A DNA stretch of 36,440 bases from IMG/VR virus record IMGVR_UViG_2778261172_000005, positions 1 through 36,440 of that record. The stretch is one strand, 5' to 3'. Positions 35,966 through 36,440 of this stretch are shown here, piece after piece (positions within the stretch are counted from its first letter, which is position 1; each line of letters starts with the position of its first letter). The notes beneath the pieces were generated by a model. The model saw nothing but the letters and a program-made list of their open reading frames with translations. It did not search any database and was not told where the DNA came from. Made by a program: the position numbers and the translations under genes. Source of the stretch: a virus. Its lineage: Duplodnaviria > Heunggongvirae > Uroviricota > Caudoviricetes.

Positions 35966-36122
35966 TGCATAAGCCCTATCCCTGGTCACCGTCTTCCATT
36001 GACCACATCGATAGAATCTCCCTTCATAGCACGATGCCTTTCACGTAACGGCATCGTGCTCGCACAGGTTCCGGCTAAGCACAACCAGAACGCGCATGTT
36101 TGACGCTTACCAAAAAATATTC

Positions 36123-36440
36123 TCACTCTCCACATTTGAATGTCAGACGAGCGACGCCATGTAATCCTGCACCTTCTGTCTTCAGGTCAACTATCTGCAT
36201 TTTTTTGCCCTGAGTAACACAGAAATGGGCTGCATCATTTTTTACTATATTTTCTGCACCAGATATTCTGCCCCTGGCTAAAGAAGCTTCGGCTTCGGTG
36301 TAGTATTGGTTATCGAGTTTACGCTGAATATTACTTTTATATGCAAGACCAAATTTACCGATACTTGTCTCATCATTATGCACAGCACAACCAGACATAA
36401 TAAAAATACTAATTAATGATATAGCAGCTATCTTTTTCAT
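36123..36440 (-). CDS. yegR: small lipoprotein (host gene; probably YegR)
   Basis: 105-aa ORF with lipoprotein signal peptide MKKIAAISLISIFIMSGC; its start codon is the last three bases of the window; identification as yegR is from recalled K-12 gene order. Confidence 0.6.
   Translation of the reverse strand: MKKIAAISLISIFIMSGCAVHNDETSIGKFGLAYKSNIQRKLDNQYYTEAEASLARGRISGAENIVKNDAAHFCVTQGKKMQIVDLKTEGAGLHGVARLTFKCGE

Noticed and set aside
1-36440. CRISPR arrays, insertion sequences and transposase genes
   Set aside because: No regularly spaced short repeats and no transposase-like ORFs or terminal inverted repeats were seen; the only tandem repeats are the 132-bp coding repeats in gene H.

Overview
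The window is one complete, apparently intact P2-like (Peduovirus-type) prophage of about 34.5 kb (1507..35965), inserted into the 3' end of the host sRNA gene cyaR between yegQ and yegR. It is bounded by a 28-bp direct repeat (att core) and reads, in window orientation, as attR-ogr-D-U-T-E/E'-FII-FI-[cargo]-G-H-I-J-W-V-[cargo]-S-R-lysCBA-K-Y-X-L-M-N-O on the minus strand, then P-Q on the plus strand, the cos site, [cargo], and A-B-cox / C-int-attL. Three AT-rich insertions interrupt the conserved backbone and are the most interesting content: (1) a two-gene operon at the cos-proximal old/tin position encoding a GIY-YIG-like protein and a DGQHR (DndB/ParB-like) protein, the best candidate for an undescribed anti-phage system; (2) two independently terminated genes at the Z/fun position between FI and G, a PD-(D/E)xK nuclease-like protein and a DUF2971-like protein, the latter flanked by a 34-bp direct repeat; (3) an HNH nuclease gene between S and V, start-stop overlapped with S. 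A PAPS-reductase-like PP-loop gene is also coupled to replication gene A. All calls rest on reading the six-frame translations and the DNA by eye and on recalled knowledge of phage P2; no database search or computation was run, and small-feature coordinates may be off by a base or two.
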